From assembly GCA_045579105.1 (NCBI GenBank), contig JAZNLM010000046.1:1-57826 (forward strand): 57,826 nucleotides of DNA, in the 5' to 3' direction. The stretch comes from Candidatus Flemingiibacterium sp. (GTDB lineage Bacteria > Bacillota > Clostridia > Oscillospirales > CAG-272). A program made the translations under genes and the position numbers. Below the pieces are notes generated by a model. That model worked only from the letters and a program-made list of their open reading frames with translations. It was not told the DNA's origin and did not search any database. Below are positions 9,197-19,535 of the stretch, in pieces. Position 1 is the stretch's first letter. The number at the start of each line of letters is the position of its first letter.

Positions 9197-10246
9197 TCAT
9201 TCTGAATTTTGACGATGCTGTGCCGCTAGCATATTTTCAATAAATATGCCGTATCCGCGGGTGGGATCGTTTACAAGTACGTGCGTAACTGCGCCGACAA
9301 GTTTACCGTTCTGGAGTATTGGCGAGCCACTCATCCCTTGAACGATACCACCAGTTTTTTCAAGCAGTACTGGGTCCGTAACAGTTACTACGAAGTTTTT
9401 GATGCTTCTGCCTGAGTGGTCGATATCGCTTATTTTTACGGCGTATTTACAAACGCCGCTGTTATCCGTGGTGCACCATAGCTCGGCATCGCCCTCGCAT
9501 ATTTCTTCTGCGTTACCTGCAAGTACGGTTTCATCCGAGATTCCCTTCGGATATTCGGCGAATATGCCGTAAACTCCACATTGGGTGTTGCAGAAAAGTG
9601 TACCTATTTTGCCTGAACTGAAGTATCCCTGAAGCTCGCCCGGTGCGCCTGCCTGTCCCTTTGTTATGCCGCTTATTGCCACGTTTACTACTGCACCACG
9701 TTTGAGCGGCGCAAGCTCGGTCGTACCGCTTTCACATATGCCATGGCCAAGTCCAGCAAAGCTGCCGTCATCGGGATTTACATATGTTACAGTACCGATA
9801 CCGGCAGTACCGTCGCGGATTAGTAGGCCTGCGCGGTATTTGCCGTCATCGTCGGACTTTACGGGTGAGAGTGTTGCGTCAAACTCATTGTCTCCGCGTT
9901 TTAGGGTTACTTTTATTGAGTTTCCGCTGCTTTGGTTTACGATATCCGAAACCTCAGATGCGGCGCTTACTTTTTTGCCGTCAAGAGCCAGAATTATATC
10001 CTTCTCGCGTATCCCTGCATCACGTGCAGGACATATATTGCCGTTACTGCTTTTGACGTCTTTTACCCCCACGACGGACACCCCTTCGGCGTAAAGCTTC
10101 ACGCCAAACGGTACTCCGCCGGGAATGAGTTTTGTATCCGTGCCGAGCGCGTGAAGTGTCGGCGCGCCCGTATATACAAATATTGCGAGGGCGCAGACGA
10201 TTGCTGATACCACACGCACAAATTTTACTTTTTTTATTGTTATCAT
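9197..10246 (-). CDS. spoIVB: SpoIVB peptidase (S55 family, PDZ domain), sporulation signalling protease
   Basis: N-terminal TM segment, a PDZ region (GIREKDIILALDGKKV), then TAGIGTVTYVNPDDGSFAGLGHGI and GMSGSPILQNGKLVGAVTHVLVNDPTRGYGIFIENML, the S55 catalytic region. The start is set at the ATG preceded by GGAGAA. The track's 7 extra codons begin at a TTG. Confidence 0.9.
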   Translation of the reverse strand: MITIKKVKFVRVVSAIVCALAIFVYTGAPTLHALGTDTKLIPGGVPFGVKLYAEGVSVVGVKDVKSSNGNICPARDAGIREKDIILALDGKKVSAASEVSDIVNQSSGNSIKVTLKRGDNEFDATLSPVKSDDDGKYRAGLLIRDGTAGIGTVTYVNPDDGSFAGLGHGICESGTTELAPLKRGAVVNVAISGITKGQAGAPGELQGYFSSGKIGTLFCNTQCGVYGIFAEYPKGISDETVLAGNAEEICEGDAELWCTTDNSGVCKYAVKISDIDHSGRSIKNFVVTVTDPVLLEKTGGIVQGMSGSPILQNGKLVGAVTHVLVNDPTRGYGIFIENMLAAQHRQNSE

Positions 10247-10487
10247 CGTTTTTTCTCCAAGCTGCAAATAATCATAGAGGGCGAAAAACGCCGCGAAAAT
10301 AATTTGCGCCGTGCACGCGTTTGTATGAGTAACAATATTTGCGCCGTGTGGAACAAAGCACGGAGTTTTGAAAAAAGGCGTAAAAAAACGATAAAATTTT
10401 ACATATTATTAACACGGACGTCGGGGACGTTTCCTATAATAGTAGTGTACAATTAGTTAAAAAGCTTACACGGGAAGGAGAGCTGTG

Positions 10488-11612
10488 ATGTCAGATATCA
10501 GGAGAAGTCCTAAAAAAGACAACGCGTTTTTGAATATCATTCGCAAAAAGCGCGTATTTATACCGCTTATAGCGCTGATGCTTATTGTGGCGGCATATAT
10601 TACATTTGTGTTTTCAAACATTCCGTTTGTAAAATTCTGGCGAACTATATATATTGAAACAGCTATGACTACCGGCGACCACCAGTGGCTTGCAACGGCA
10701 TTTATTCCGAAAAATATAATTGATGACGTAATGTCACAGCAGACGGACACGTCCGATGTTGTTGGCGGGCTGCAACCTATTGCTCCGGATGACAGGGTCG
10801 AAGAAGAAATTGATAAAGACGATATCCTAGGGCAAAAGAAGCTCGTTGTGGGAGAACCTGACTATGCCGGTTATACGGTGCTTGTCAACGATATCGAACA
10901 GGGAATAGTCATATCCGAAATTGTTGGTGAGATGTATAGAGGCAAGATAATGCTTATCGACGATCCCGCGCGAGTTTACCTTGGAACAACGCCTTACAAG
11001 CACGTTGAAGGACTTCGAATAAAGGCTATGATGTCGCACTACGGTGCCATTGCAGGTATTAACGCAAGCGGATTTTCTGATCCCGGCGACTCGGGACACG
11101 GCGGTGATATTATGGGACTGTCCTACTCGAACGGAGAATATTGGGGTTATCCCGTTACCTTTTACGGCGCGGTGCTTTTGACAGACGATGACAAGCTTGT
11201 TGTCGGAAATGTGAGCGATTGGGAAAAATACGATATTCGCGACGGTATACAATTCGGTCCTGTGCTTATTGCAGACGGGGTCTCGCAGATACAGGGCTCG
11301 GGTGGCTACGGCATACAGCCGCGTACCGCTATCGGCCAGCGTTCGGACGGCGTTATTGTATTCATCGTTATTGACGGAAGACAGCCCGCATGGAGTATCG
11401 GCTGTACTATGGGTGATCTTACCGAGGTGCTCGAGAAATACGATGTTGTGAATGCAGCATGCTGTGACGGTGGCTCGTCTAGTGTGCTTGCCTACAATGG
11501 CGAGGTTATAAACAAAAACAGCTCGCTTAATCCTACATACGGCAGGCGACTCCCGAATGCGTGGCTCGTAGCGCCGAAGAATATTTCGGAGGCTACGAAC
11601 GATGCAGAATGA
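10488..11612 (+). CDS. phosphodiester glycosidase family protein (NAGPA/DUF2233-like), membrane anchored
   Basis: N-terminal TM segment. C-terminal GINASGF, PRTAIGQRSDGVIVFIVIDGRQ and CTMGDLTEVLEKYDVVNAACCDGGSSS are typical of the phosphodiester glycosidase family. RBS GGAAGGAGAG. Confidence 0.75.
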   Translation: MSDIRRSPKKDNAFLNIIRKKRVFIPLIALMLIVAAYITFVFSNIPFVKFWRTIYIETAMTTGDHQWLATAFIPKNIIDDVMSQQTDTSDVVGGLQPIAPDDRVEEEIDKDDILGQKKLVVGEPDYAGYTVLVNDIEQGIVISEIVGEMYRGKIMLIDDPARVYLGTTPYKHVEGLRIKAMMSHYGAIAGINASGFSDPGDSGHGGDIMGLSYSNGEYWGYPVTFYGAVLLTDDDKLVVGNVSDWEKYDIRDGIQFGPVLIADGVSQIQGSGGYGIQPRTAIGQRSDGVIVFIVIDGRQPAWSIGCTMGDLTEVLEKYDVVNAACCDGGSSSVLAYNGEVINKNSSLNPTYGRRLPNAWLVAPKNISEATNDAE

Positions 11613-12087
11613 TGAAAAATTCATGCGCCGCGCGCTCGAGCTTGCAGGCAAAGCGGCAAAGCTTGGCGAAGTGCCCGTGGGTGCTGTTGTAGTGCTTGAC
11701 GGCAAGATAGTTGCCGAGGCGTACAATCGCCGCGAGTGTGACAAAAACGCTATCGCGCATGCGGAGCTTCTCGCCATTGATGCAGCGTGCAAAAAACTCG
11801 GCGGATGGCGGCTGCATAAGTGCGATTTGTATGTGACGCTCGAGCCGTGTCCGATGTGCGCAGGTGCGATAGTTAACTCGCGTATAAAGCGAGTTATAAT
11901 TGGCGCGAAGGATGCAAAAGCTGGCGCAATGGGAAGTGTGATTAATCTTAATTTCTATCCTCTCAACCATAAGCCCGAGCTTGTTTTCGGCGTTTGTGAG
12001 AGGGAAGCTTCCGAAATTTTAAAAGAGTTTTTTGTCACACTTCGTCAAAAGCGAGAAAAAGGCAAGGATGCCTCGCAAACTCCATAA
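11602..12087 (+). CDS. tadA: tRNA adenosine(34) deaminase
   Basis: Cytidine/deoxycytidylate deaminase zinc motifs HAELLAI and TLEPCPMCAGAI. The length and N-terminus FMRRALELA match TadA. Confidence 0.9.
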   Translation: MQNDEKFMRRALELAGKAAKLGEVPVGAVVVLDGKIVAEAYNRRECDKNAIAHAELLAIDAACKKLGGWRLHKCDLYVTLEPCPMCAGAIVNSRIKRVIIGAKDAKAGAMGSVINLNFYPLNHKPELVFGVCEREASEILKEFFVTLRQKREKGKDASQTP

Positions 12088-12229
12088 TCGCGACTATCGT
12101 ATCCGCCTTTCTCGGTTTTGGGTAAAACAAACAGAAAATAAAACTTTGATAAACAAATATTTTGGACGCGCTTGGAAAAATCAACATCTCGGGCGCGTTT
12201 TTTTGTGAAAAATTTATCCGTATTCGCAC

Positions 12230-12258
12230 TTGTAGTAAAAAACTTTCTGTGGTATAAT
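12230..12258 (+). promoter_or_regulatory. candidate sigma-A promoter (extended -10) for the phosphoglycerate mutase gene
   Basis: TTGTAG (12230..12235), 17-nt spacer ending in TGG, TATAAT (12253..12258). Confidence 0.55.
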
Positions 12259-12326
12259 ATAAAATGAATAGTTATGCTCGTGCATAACCGTTTGCAAATG
12301 ATTCATTTTGAAGGATATTAGTTACT

Positions 12327-13538
12327 ATGAAATATTTTGTTTTACTCTGCGACGGTATGGCAGACTATAAAATTGAACAGCTCGGGGGCGTAACTCCGAT
12401 GGCGGCGGCAAATAAGCCTATGATGGATGAACTGGCTAAAAAGTCGCTTTGTGGTACCGTTTCAAACGTTCCCGAAGGAATGGTTCCCGAATCCGATACC
12501 GCCAATATAGCGGTGCTCTCGTACGACCCCAAAATATACAGCAAGGGGCGTTCTCCGCTTGAAGCAGTTTCTATGGGACTTACAATGCGTCCAGAGGATA
12601 CCGCATATCGCTGCAACGTGGTTACAATCAGTGAAGAAGAGGAAAACTATGATGACAAGGTAATGCTTGACCACTCCGCAGACGAGATAACAACCGCCGA
12701 GGCAAGCGAGCTTATCCGCGCTATGGAAGAGCATTTCGGAACGGAGTTCCGTCATTTCTACGCAGGCGTAAGCTACCGTCACTGCATGATATGGAACAAT
12801 ACTCCTTCCGAGTATGATTTTATGCGTCCTCACGACATTCTCGGTCAAAAAATATCCGAGCATTTACCAAAGGGTGAGGCAGGCAGACCTTTCTATGAGC
12901 TTATGCGCGCAAGCTATGATATTCTTAACCACCATCCCATAAACGAGGCTCGACGTGCGCGCGGACTCCGTCCTGCCAACTCCATTTGGCTGTGGAGCCC
13001 CGGCAAGAAGCCGCAGCTTCCGAACTTCTACGAGAAATGGGGGATAAGAGGCGCAGTTATCTCTGCAGTCGACCTTATCAAGGGAATCGGACTTTGCGCA
13101 GGTCTTCAGTCAATAGACGTTGAAGGCGCCACTGGCAACGTACACACCAACTTCACAGGCAAGGCAGACGCGGCTATTGAAGCTTTTGAAAACGAAAAGA
13201 ACTTCGTATACGTTCACGTTGAAGCACCTGATGAGTGCGGCCACAGAGCAGAAATTGAAAATAAGGTGCTCTCTATCGAAAAGATTGATGAACTTATTCT
13301 TCGTCCGGTATACGAGTATCTTGAATCCACCGGCGAGGACTTCAAGATCATGGTGCTTCCTGATCACCCCACTCCCATAGCGCTTCGAACACATTCTATG
13401 GAGCCCGTTCCGTTTATGATATATTCTTCGACGGGAGAAAAGCAGGGCGTTGACAAGTTCACGGAAGAAAGCTGTGAGGCTAAGGGATTCTATATCGAGC
13501 ATGGTTACGATCTTTTGTCTTACGTTATAGAAAAATAA
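12327..13538 (+). CDS. apgM: cofactor-independent phosphoglycerate mutase, ApgM/archaeal type (alkaline phosphatase superfamily)
   Basis: MKYFVLLCDGMADYKIEQLGGVTPMAAANKPMMDELA, then VHVEAPDECGH and VLPDHPTP, as in the ApgM family. Confidence 0.85.
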   Translation: MKYFVLLCDGMADYKIEQLGGVTPMAAANKPMMDELAKKSLCGTVSNVPEGMVPESDTANIAVLSYDPKIYSKGRSPLEAVSMGLTMRPEDTAYRCNVVTISEEEENYDDKVMLDHSADEITTAEASELIRAMEEHFGTEFRHFYAGVSYRHCMIWNNTPSEYDFMRPHDILGQKISEHLPKGEAGRPFYELMRASYDILNHHPINEARRARGLRPANSIWLWSPGKKPQLPNFYEKWGIRGAVISAVDLIKGIGLCAGLQSIDVEGATGNVHTNFTGKADAAIEAFENEKNFVYVHVEAPDECGHRAEIENKVLSIEKIDELILRPVYEYLESTGEDFKIMVLPDHPTPIALRTHSMEPVPFMIYSSTGEKQGVDKFTEESCEAKGFYIEHGYDLLSYVIEK

Positions 13539-13564
13539 ACTACATCCGAAGAGGAGAAATTGTT

Positions 13565-14158
13565 ATGAATACATCTCCGAATGAAAATACACAAAATCCC
13601 GAAGAAGGTACCTCAAAGGGTATAAAACTTGTACGCGAGCTTTACGACTGGGTGGAGATATTTGTTGCGACCATGTCGATCATACTGCTTATTTTCACGT
13701 TTTTTGTGCGTATTGCGTATGTTGATGGTCCTTCAATGGAGAATACCCTTCATGACGGCGAAACGCTTGTGGTAAGCAACCTTTTCTACACACCAAAGCA
13801 GGGCGATATCATAGTTTTTCAGGCACCTGACAGTCACGTTGAAGGCGGTGTTGTAAAGCGTGTTATTGCCACACAGGGGCAGGTAGTCGACATTGACTTT
13901 GATATGTGGCGTGTAACCGTTGACGGGGTGACGCTTGACGAGCCGTACGTTTACTTCCGAAACGGATATCGCATGCTTTCAAGCGATGTTTCATTTCCAG
14001 TGATAGTACCTGAAGGCTGTGTTTTCGTTATGGGCGATAATCGCAACGAGTCAAATGACAGCCGAGGCTCAGATATAGGTTTCGTTGACACTCGCTTTAT
14101 CTTCGGACACGTACTGTTCCGCGTAACACCGCTGAGTAAATTCGGCACTGTCGATTAA
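13565..14158 (+). CDS. lepB: signal peptidase I
   Basis: TM anchor, then VDGPSMENTL (catalytic Ser box), VKRVIATQGQ (Lys box) and GDNRNESNDSR. Confidence 0.9.
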   Translation: MNTSPNENTQNPEEGTSKGIKLVRELYDWVEIFVATMSIILLIFTFFVRIAYVDGPSMENTLHDGETLVVSNLFYTPKQGDIIVFQAPDSHVEGGVVKRVIATQGQVVDIDFDMWRVTVDGVTLDEPYVYFRNGYRMLSSDVSFPVIVPEGCVFVMGDNRNESNDSRGSDIGFVDTRFIFGHVLFRVTPLSKFGTVD

Positions 14159-14168
14159 GGAGAAAGTT

Positions 14169-15038
14169 ATGCCATCTGAAGTAATACAGTGGTTTCCCGG
14201 ACATATGGCCAAAACCAAGCGGCTTATCACAGAATGTCTGCCGCTTGTTGACATAGTTATAGAAATACTTGATGCTCGTATTCCGCAAAGTTCGAAAAAT
14301 CCAGATCTCGAACGCCTTTGCGCGAATAAGCCGCGCCTTACGGTGCTTTCCAAATCGGGACTTGCAGATCCCGAGATAAGCAAAATGTGGCGCGAGTACT
14401 ACAAAGCAAAGGGGCAGGAGGCAATATTCTACGACTGCCGCGATGGAGTTAATATGAACGCTATCGAGCCTGCGATAAAGCGTGTACTTGAGGAAAAGCT
14501 CGAACGCTACGAGTCAAAGGGTATGACCGGACGACGCCTCAAGGCGATGATGGTTGGAATACCGAACGTGGGAAAATCCTCGCTTATCAACAAGCTTGCT
14601 GGCGCAGGCAAGGCGAAGGTTGAGGACAGACCGGGCGTTACGCGCACAAAGCAGTGGATACCTACTACTATCGGTATTGATCTACTCGATATGCCGGGCG
14701 TACTCTGGCCAAAATTTGAGGACAAAACCGTTGGCGAAAACCTCGCGATAACGGGCGCTATAAAAGACGATATTCTCGATATTGAGCACATTGCGATACT
14801 GCTTGTGGGCAGACTTCGCAAGACTGCGCCCGACAAGCTTTCCGAGCGTTACAAACTCGGTGATATGTCACAGTACGAGAATCTTGAGGACTGGGAGCTT
14901 TTCGAGGTTATAGGCAAAAAACGCGGATTTCTCATCTCGGGCGGCGAGATAAATTACGAGCGTACCGCAACGATGCTCCTCGACGAGTACCGTGGTGCGA
15001 AAATCGGACGCATTACTCTTGAATTACCGCCGCAGTGA
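14169..15038 (+). CDS. rbgA: ribosome biogenesis GTPase A (YlqF/RbgA)
   Basis: IQWFPGHMAKTKR, circularly permuted GTPase motifs (LSKSGLAD, then GIPNVGKSSLINKL, then DMPGVLWP). It sits between lepB and rnhB, as in other Firmicutes. Confidence 0.9.
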   Translation: MPSEVIQWFPGHMAKTKRLITECLPLVDIVIEILDARIPQSSKNPDLERLCANKPRLTVLSKSGLADPEISKMWREYYKAKGQEAIFYDCRDGVNMNAIEPAIKRVLEEKLERYESKGMTGRRLKAMMVGIPNVGKSSLINKLAGAGKAKVEDRPGVTRTKQWIPTTIGIDLLDMPGVLWPKFEDKTVGENLAITGAIKDDILDIEHIAILLVGRLRKTAPDKLSERYKLGDMSQYENLEDWELFEVIGKKRGFLISGGEINYERTATMLLDEYRGAKIGRITLELPPQ

Positions 15039-15199
15039 TGTGTGAGTATATGGTCGCTTTTTGAGGAAAGCTTCGCAAAAACTATATATTAGTGGATGAT
15101 TTTGGCTAAACACTTCGAATAACGGCTATTTACCATAGGAGGACGCGTGGACCTTACACGGCAAATCGTTTCGTGTAATCGTCTGTTTTGGAGGCCAGT

Positions 15200-15814
15200 A
15201 TGGATTTTACTATTGAAAACGAATATGTGGCTCATGGGTACAAGATAATTTGCGGCACGGATGAGGCAGGTCGCGGACCGCTTTGCGGCAATGTTGTCGC
15301 AGGCGCTTGCATATTGCCTGCCGATATAGACCTTCCTTATCTCAACGACTCCAAGAAGCTTACAGAAAAACGCCGTGATGCCCTTTACGACCTCATAATA
15401 GAAAAAGCGATTTCGTGGGCAGTTGCCGAGGCGACACCCTTGGAAATTGACGAATATAATATACTCAATGCATCGCAGCTTGCTATGAGACGTGCGGTGG
15501 CAAAGCTTACTCCATCGCCTGATCTTACACTCGTTGACGGAAACGTGGCGCGCGAGTTTACTATGGACACCGTCACAATCGTGGGGGGCGATGCAAAATC
15601 GCCTTCAATTGCCGCGGCGTCGATACTTGCAAAGGTCACGCGCGACCGCGAACTTTACGAGCTTGATAAGACGTATCCCACGCTTCTGCTCGCAAAGCAC
15701 AAGGGCTATCCAACCAAGGCGCACTATGAAGCGCTTAAGGCGTACATAGCCGAGAACGGCGAAATACCGTCTATATACCGCCGAAGCTTTCTTAAAAATT
15801 TGGATACGAAATGA
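15200..15814 (+). CDS. rnhB: ribonuclease HII
   Basis: ICGTDEAGRGPLCGNVVAGACIL, DSKKLTEKRR and GDAKSPSIAAASILAKVTRD. The start is set at the ATG after GGAGG; the track ORF starts at an upstream TTG. Confidence 0.9.
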   Translation: MDFTIENEYVAHGYKIICGTDEAGRGPLCGNVVAGACILPADIDLPYLNDSKKLTEKRRDALYDLIIEKAISWAVAEATPLEIDEYNILNASQLAMRRAVAKLTPSPDLTLVDGNVAREFTMDTVTIVGGDAKSPSIAAASILAKVTRDRELYELDKTYPTLLLAKHKGYPTKAHYEALKAYIAENGEIPSIYRRSFLKNLDTK

Positions 15815-16215
15815 GCTACAAAGGAAGCGTTGGCAAACGCGGCGAAGACCTTGCCGCACAGTATTTAGAGAAGAACGGCTACACCGTTGTGTCGAGAAAT
15901 TTTCGCGTGTCGCACGATGAGATAGACATTATAGCTGAGGATGAAGGACATATAGTTTTCGTGGAGGTCAAGGCGCGTGCGCAAACGCGCAGTAATATGC
16001 GTTTTGGGCGTCCCTGTACGGCGGTGGATTACCGTAAAAAGCAGAAGCTTCTGCGCTCTGTGTCCGAATACATAAGACGTGAAAAGCCGACAAAGGCACC
16101 GCGAATTGATGTTATTGAGGTGTATTTCCCACCGATAGATGAGGATACGCCGATACACGTATCAGTGCTTTTGCCGACGAAGATAAACCACATTCGAAAT
16201 GCGGTTCACAAGTGA
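15811..16215 (+). CDS. yraN: YraN-family endonuclease (UPF0102)
   Basis: GKRGEDLAAQYLEKNGYTVVSRNFRVSHDEIDIIAEDEGHIVFVEVKAR. ATGA overlap with rnhB. Confidence 0.85.
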   Translation: MSYKGSVGKRGEDLAAQYLEKNGYTVVSRNFRVSHDEIDIIAEDEGHIVFVEVKARAQTRSNMRFGRPCTAVDYRKKQKLLRSVSEYIRREKPTKAPRIDVIEVYFPPIDEDTPIHVSVLLPTKINHIRNAVHK

Positions 16216-16229
16216 TAAGGTAGATTGCT

Positions 16230-17171
16230 ATGAAAAAAATTCCGCTTTTTGATTTACACTGCGACACGCTTTATAAGTGCCACGGAGAAGACGCAAGCCT
16301 TACAGATAATAATTTTGATATATCCCTTAAACGTCTGGACGAATACAAAAAGCACTGTCAGGTGCTCGCTATGTGGAGTGACTCACGCATAGACGACGAC
16401 ACGGCGTACGCGCACTTCTTCGAAGCCCGCGAGCTTCTGTCGCGTGAACTTGAAAATTCCACGCACCGACTTTGCACAAATGATGCCGAGCTTTCGCAAT
16501 GCGAGGCTCACGGTGTCGGAGCGCTGTTCTTGGCCGTTGAAGGCGGTAAACTGCTCGCCAGTGACATAACTCGTCTTGACGAGCTTTACAAAAGCGACGT
16601 GCGATTTTTAACGCTCGTTTGGAATGCTACGTGCGCGATTGGCGGCGGTCACGATACAGACGAAGGTTTGACCGAGTTCGGCGTATCCGTCGTAAAGCGT
16701 TGTCACGAGCTTGGTATTATTCCCGATGTGTCGCATGCGTCGGATAAGATGACTGACGAGGTTATCGCAATAAGCGAAGAAGCCCGCAGACCTTGTATTG
16801 CAACACACTCAAATTCGCGGATGATGCACAAGCACACGCGAAATCTTACCGACGAACGTTTCTCGCGTATCGCGAAAATGGGCGGACTTGTGGGTGTGAG
16901 CCTTGCACCGATTCATTTGACTACGAGCAAAGTTTGCAGTATCGACGATGTGGTGCGCCATATAGAGCACTACCTTGATATTGGCGGCGAGGACACAGTA
17001 TGTCTTGGGTGTGACCTTGACGGAGTTGTACCGCTCCCAGATGGGATTGAGAATGTGTCTGACCTTTACAAAATTGCGGACGAACTTGCAAAGCGTCATC
17101 ACAGTGATGCGCTTGTTGAGAAGATATTTTATAAAAATGCGCGAGATTTTGTTTCGCGCTGGCTGAAATAA
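16230..17171 (+). CDS. M19-family (renal-dipeptidase-like) dipeptidase
   Basis: IPLFDLHCDTLYK at the N-terminus, then LTLVWN, IIPDVSHASD and CIATHSNSR, consistent with the membrane dipeptidase/amidohydrolase fold. Confidence 0.7.
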   Translation: MKKIPLFDLHCDTLYKCHGEDASLTDNNFDISLKRLDEYKKHCQVLAMWSDSRIDDDTAYAHFFEARELLSRELENSTHRLCTNDAELSQCEAHGVGALFLAVEGGKLLASDITRLDELYKSDVRFLTLVWNATCAIGGGHDTDEGLTEFGVSVVKRCHELGIIPDVSHASDKMTDEVIAISEEARRPCIATHSNSRMMHKHTRNLTDERFSRIAKMGGLVGVSLAPIHLTTSKVCSIDDVVRHIEHYLDIGGEDTVCLGCDLDGVVPLPDGIENVSDLYKIADELAKRHHSDALVEKIFYKNARDFVSRWLK

Positions 17172-17233
17172 ATATAAATTTAAGAACCTAAAGAGAAAGG
17201 AAGTCTTCAAAAAGAGGACTCAGGTTAACTACA

Positions 17234-18721
17234 ATGAACTATACAAGCACCCGAGGCGGTAAAGACTGTGTCAGCGCGGCAGGCGCTATAAAGCAGGGTC
17301 TTGCATCAGATGGCGGACTTTTCATGCCAGAAGCGATACCGCTGCTTACGAAGGGCGATATCGCAAAGCTTTGCGATATGTCGTATGCCGAGCGTGCGGC
17401 TTACATACTTTCGCTTTTTCTTACGGATTACACCTATGACGAGCTTCTATCCGACTGCGAAAAGGCGTATGCCGCTGACCGCTTTGTCGGCGGTGCCGCA
17501 CCGCTTCACAAGCTCGACGACGACACTTTTGTACTTGAACTTTGGCACGGCCCCACGTCGGCATTCAAGGATATGGCGCTTCAGATAATGCCTCGACTTC
17601 TGTCGTCGGCGCTTAAAAAGACGGGCGAAACTCGTACCGCATTCATTCTCGTTGCCACATCGGGAGATACGGGCAAGGCGGCACTTGAAGGTTACCGCGA
17701 TGTTGACGGTGTTAAGATAATGGTGTTCTATCCCGTCGACGGTGTAAGCCGGGTGCAGAAGCTTCAGATGGCGACCCAGCTCGGCGAGAACGTTAATGTA
17801 TGCGCTATCAAGGGTAACTTCGATGACGCGCAGACGGGCGTTAAAAAGATATTCTCCGATAAGGAAACGGCAGAGCTTCTTAACGAAAACGGCGTATTCT
17901 TCAGCAGCGCTAACTCCATAAACTGGGGCAGACTCGCGCCGCAGATTGTTTACTATGTTTCCGCGTACTGCGACCTTATAAACTCGGGTGAGATAGTTTC
18001 GGGCGAGGTTATAGATGTGACCGTTCCGACGGGCAACTTCGGCAACATTTTCGCGGCGTATATCGCAAAGATGATGGGACTTCCGATAAATCGCCTTGTA
18101 TGTGCTTCCAACAAGAATAACATTTTGACCGATTTCCTTCAGACGGGTACATACGACCGCAACAGAAGCTTCTACACTACGATGTCGCCGTCGATGGATA
18201 TTCTCATTTCCTCGAACCTTGAGCGCCTTCTCTACGTTATGAGCGGCAGTGAGAACACCGCGGCACTTATGGCGAAGCTGAACAGCGAAGGGTGCTATAG
18301 CGTTGACGATGAGCTTAAGGCAAAGCTTGACGCTCACTTTACGGGACTTTACTGCGATGAAAAGGAAACCGCAGAAGAAATTAAGCGTACTCTTGACGAG
18401 AACGGTTACCTCATTGACACGCACACCGCAGTTGCGCTTAACTGTGCTAAACAGTATATGAATAAGGACAGAAGCGGCGTTAAGATGGTGGTTGCTTCCA
18501 CGGCAAGCCCGTACAAATTCGCAGCAGATGTTTACGAGTCCGTAACAGCCAACAAGCCGACTGACGAGCTTGCTGCACTTGACGAGCTTGAAAGCCTCAC
18601 GGGCACAGAAATTCCTTATCCGCTTCGCGGCATCGGCGAGCGTAAGATTCGCTTTGAGCGCGTTATAGATAAGGGCGAAATGAAAAACGAAGTGCTCGCG
18701 ACTCTCGGGATTAAGGCGTAA
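17234..18721 (+). CDS. thrC: threonine synthase (long form)
   Basis: MNYTSTRGG...GLASDGGLFMPE...LWHGPTSAFKDMALQ (PLP lysine)...ATSGDTGKAA. Confidence 0.9.
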   Translation: MNYTSTRGGKDCVSAAGAIKQGLASDGGLFMPEAIPLLTKGDIAKLCDMSYAERAAYILSLFLTDYTYDELLSDCEKAYAADRFVGGAAPLHKLDDDTFVLELWHGPTSAFKDMALQIMPRLLSSALKKTGETRTAFILVATSGDTGKAALEGYRDVDGVKIMVFYPVDGVSRVQKLQMATQLGENVNVCAIKGNFDDAQTGVKKIFSDKETAELLNENGVFFSSANSINWGRLAPQIVYYVSAYCDLINSGEIVSGEVIDVTVPTGNFGNIFAAYIAKMMGLPINRLVCASNKNNILTDFLQTGTYDRNRSFYTTMSPSMDILISSNLERLLYVMSGSENTAALMAKLNSEGCYSVDDELKAKLDAHFTGLYCDEKETAEEIKRTLDENGYLIDTHTAVALNCAKQYMNKDRSGVKMVVASTASPYKFAADVYESVTANKPTDELAALDELESLTGTEIPYPLRGIGERKIRFERVIDKGEMKNEVLATLGIKA

Positions 18722-18767
18722 ATAGTAAAACAACAAAACAGCGCGCGGCGCGGAAAGGAAGGCCCCA

Positions 18768-19517
18768 ATGTCGCTGTACGTTCTTTCAGACACACATTTA
18801 TCAATAAGTGACAACAAGCCGATGGACGTTTTCGGCGCGCGTTGGACGGGGTACACGGAGAAACTTCGTACACACTGGAACAGGCTTATCACTGAGAATG
18901 ATACTGTTGTTATTGCAGGTGATATTTCGTGGGCGATGAGCCACACGGGCGCGCTTGAGGATTTGAAGTTTATAAACAGTCTTAACGGACAAAAGATAAT
19001 CGGGCGAGGAAACCACGATTATTGGTGGACGTCACTGACAAAGCTTAACGCGCTGTGCAAGGACAATGAGCTTGACACGATACGTTTCCTTTACAACAAT
19101 GCGTATGTTGTTGAAGACTTTATAGTGTGTGGCTCGCGCGGCTGGTATATTGACGAGTCAAACCGTAAAATGCCGCAGGAAGCGGATTATCAGAAGATAG
19201 TGGCGCGAGAGGCAATTCGTCTTGAAATAAGTCTTAACGAAGCAAAAAAACTTCAGAGCGAGAAGTATAACGAGGACGGTATTCTTCGCGAGATAATCGT
19301 GTTCCTTCATTTTCCTGCAGATTTCCGCGGATACGTTTGCCGTGAGATTGTGGACGTTATGAAGAACTTCGGTATCAAGCGTTGTTACTACGGACATATC
19401 CACGGTGTTTATGATATACCGCGAAGTGAAGTGTCAGAGGGCATAAAATATACGCTTACCTCTGCGGATTTTCTTGATTTTTCACCGTTGCCGATACTTC
19501 CAGATGCAGATTTTTGA
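18768..19517 (+). CDS. metallophosphoesterase family protein
   Basis: LYVLSDTHL, IAGDISW, GRGNHDYWW and YGHIHG are the calcineurin-like phosphoesterase motifs. Confidence 0.75.
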   Translation: MSLYVLSDTHLSISDNKPMDVFGARWTGYTEKLRTHWNRLITENDTVVIAGDISWAMSHTGALEDLKFINSLNGQKIIGRGNHDYWWTSLTKLNALCKDNELDTIRFLYNNAYVVEDFIVCGSRGWYIDESNRKMPQEADYQKIVAREAIRLEISLNEAKKLQSEKYNEDGILREIIVFLHFPADFRGYVCREIVDVMKNFGIKRCYYGHIHGVYDIPRSEVSEGIKYTLTSADFLDFSPLPILPDADF

Positions 19518-19535
19518 TAAAATTCTGAAAAAACC

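Noticed and set aside
12088-12326. Expected SRP (4.5S/scRNA) gene downstream of tadA, as in Bacillus
   Set aside because: I looked for the conserved SRP domain IV motifs and a long hairpin and found none. The spacer contains only a weak hairpin and a consensus promoter for the next gene.
17447-18946. 499-aa ORF on the minus strand
   Set aside because: It is antisense to thrC and to the metallophosphoesterase gene, is Arg/Leu-rich, and has no RBS or recognisable domain. I treat it as a shadow ORF. The same reasoning applies to 2848..3648 (antisense to pfkA), 10827..11792, 27499..28209, 40260..41021, 45614..46264 and 53420..54160.
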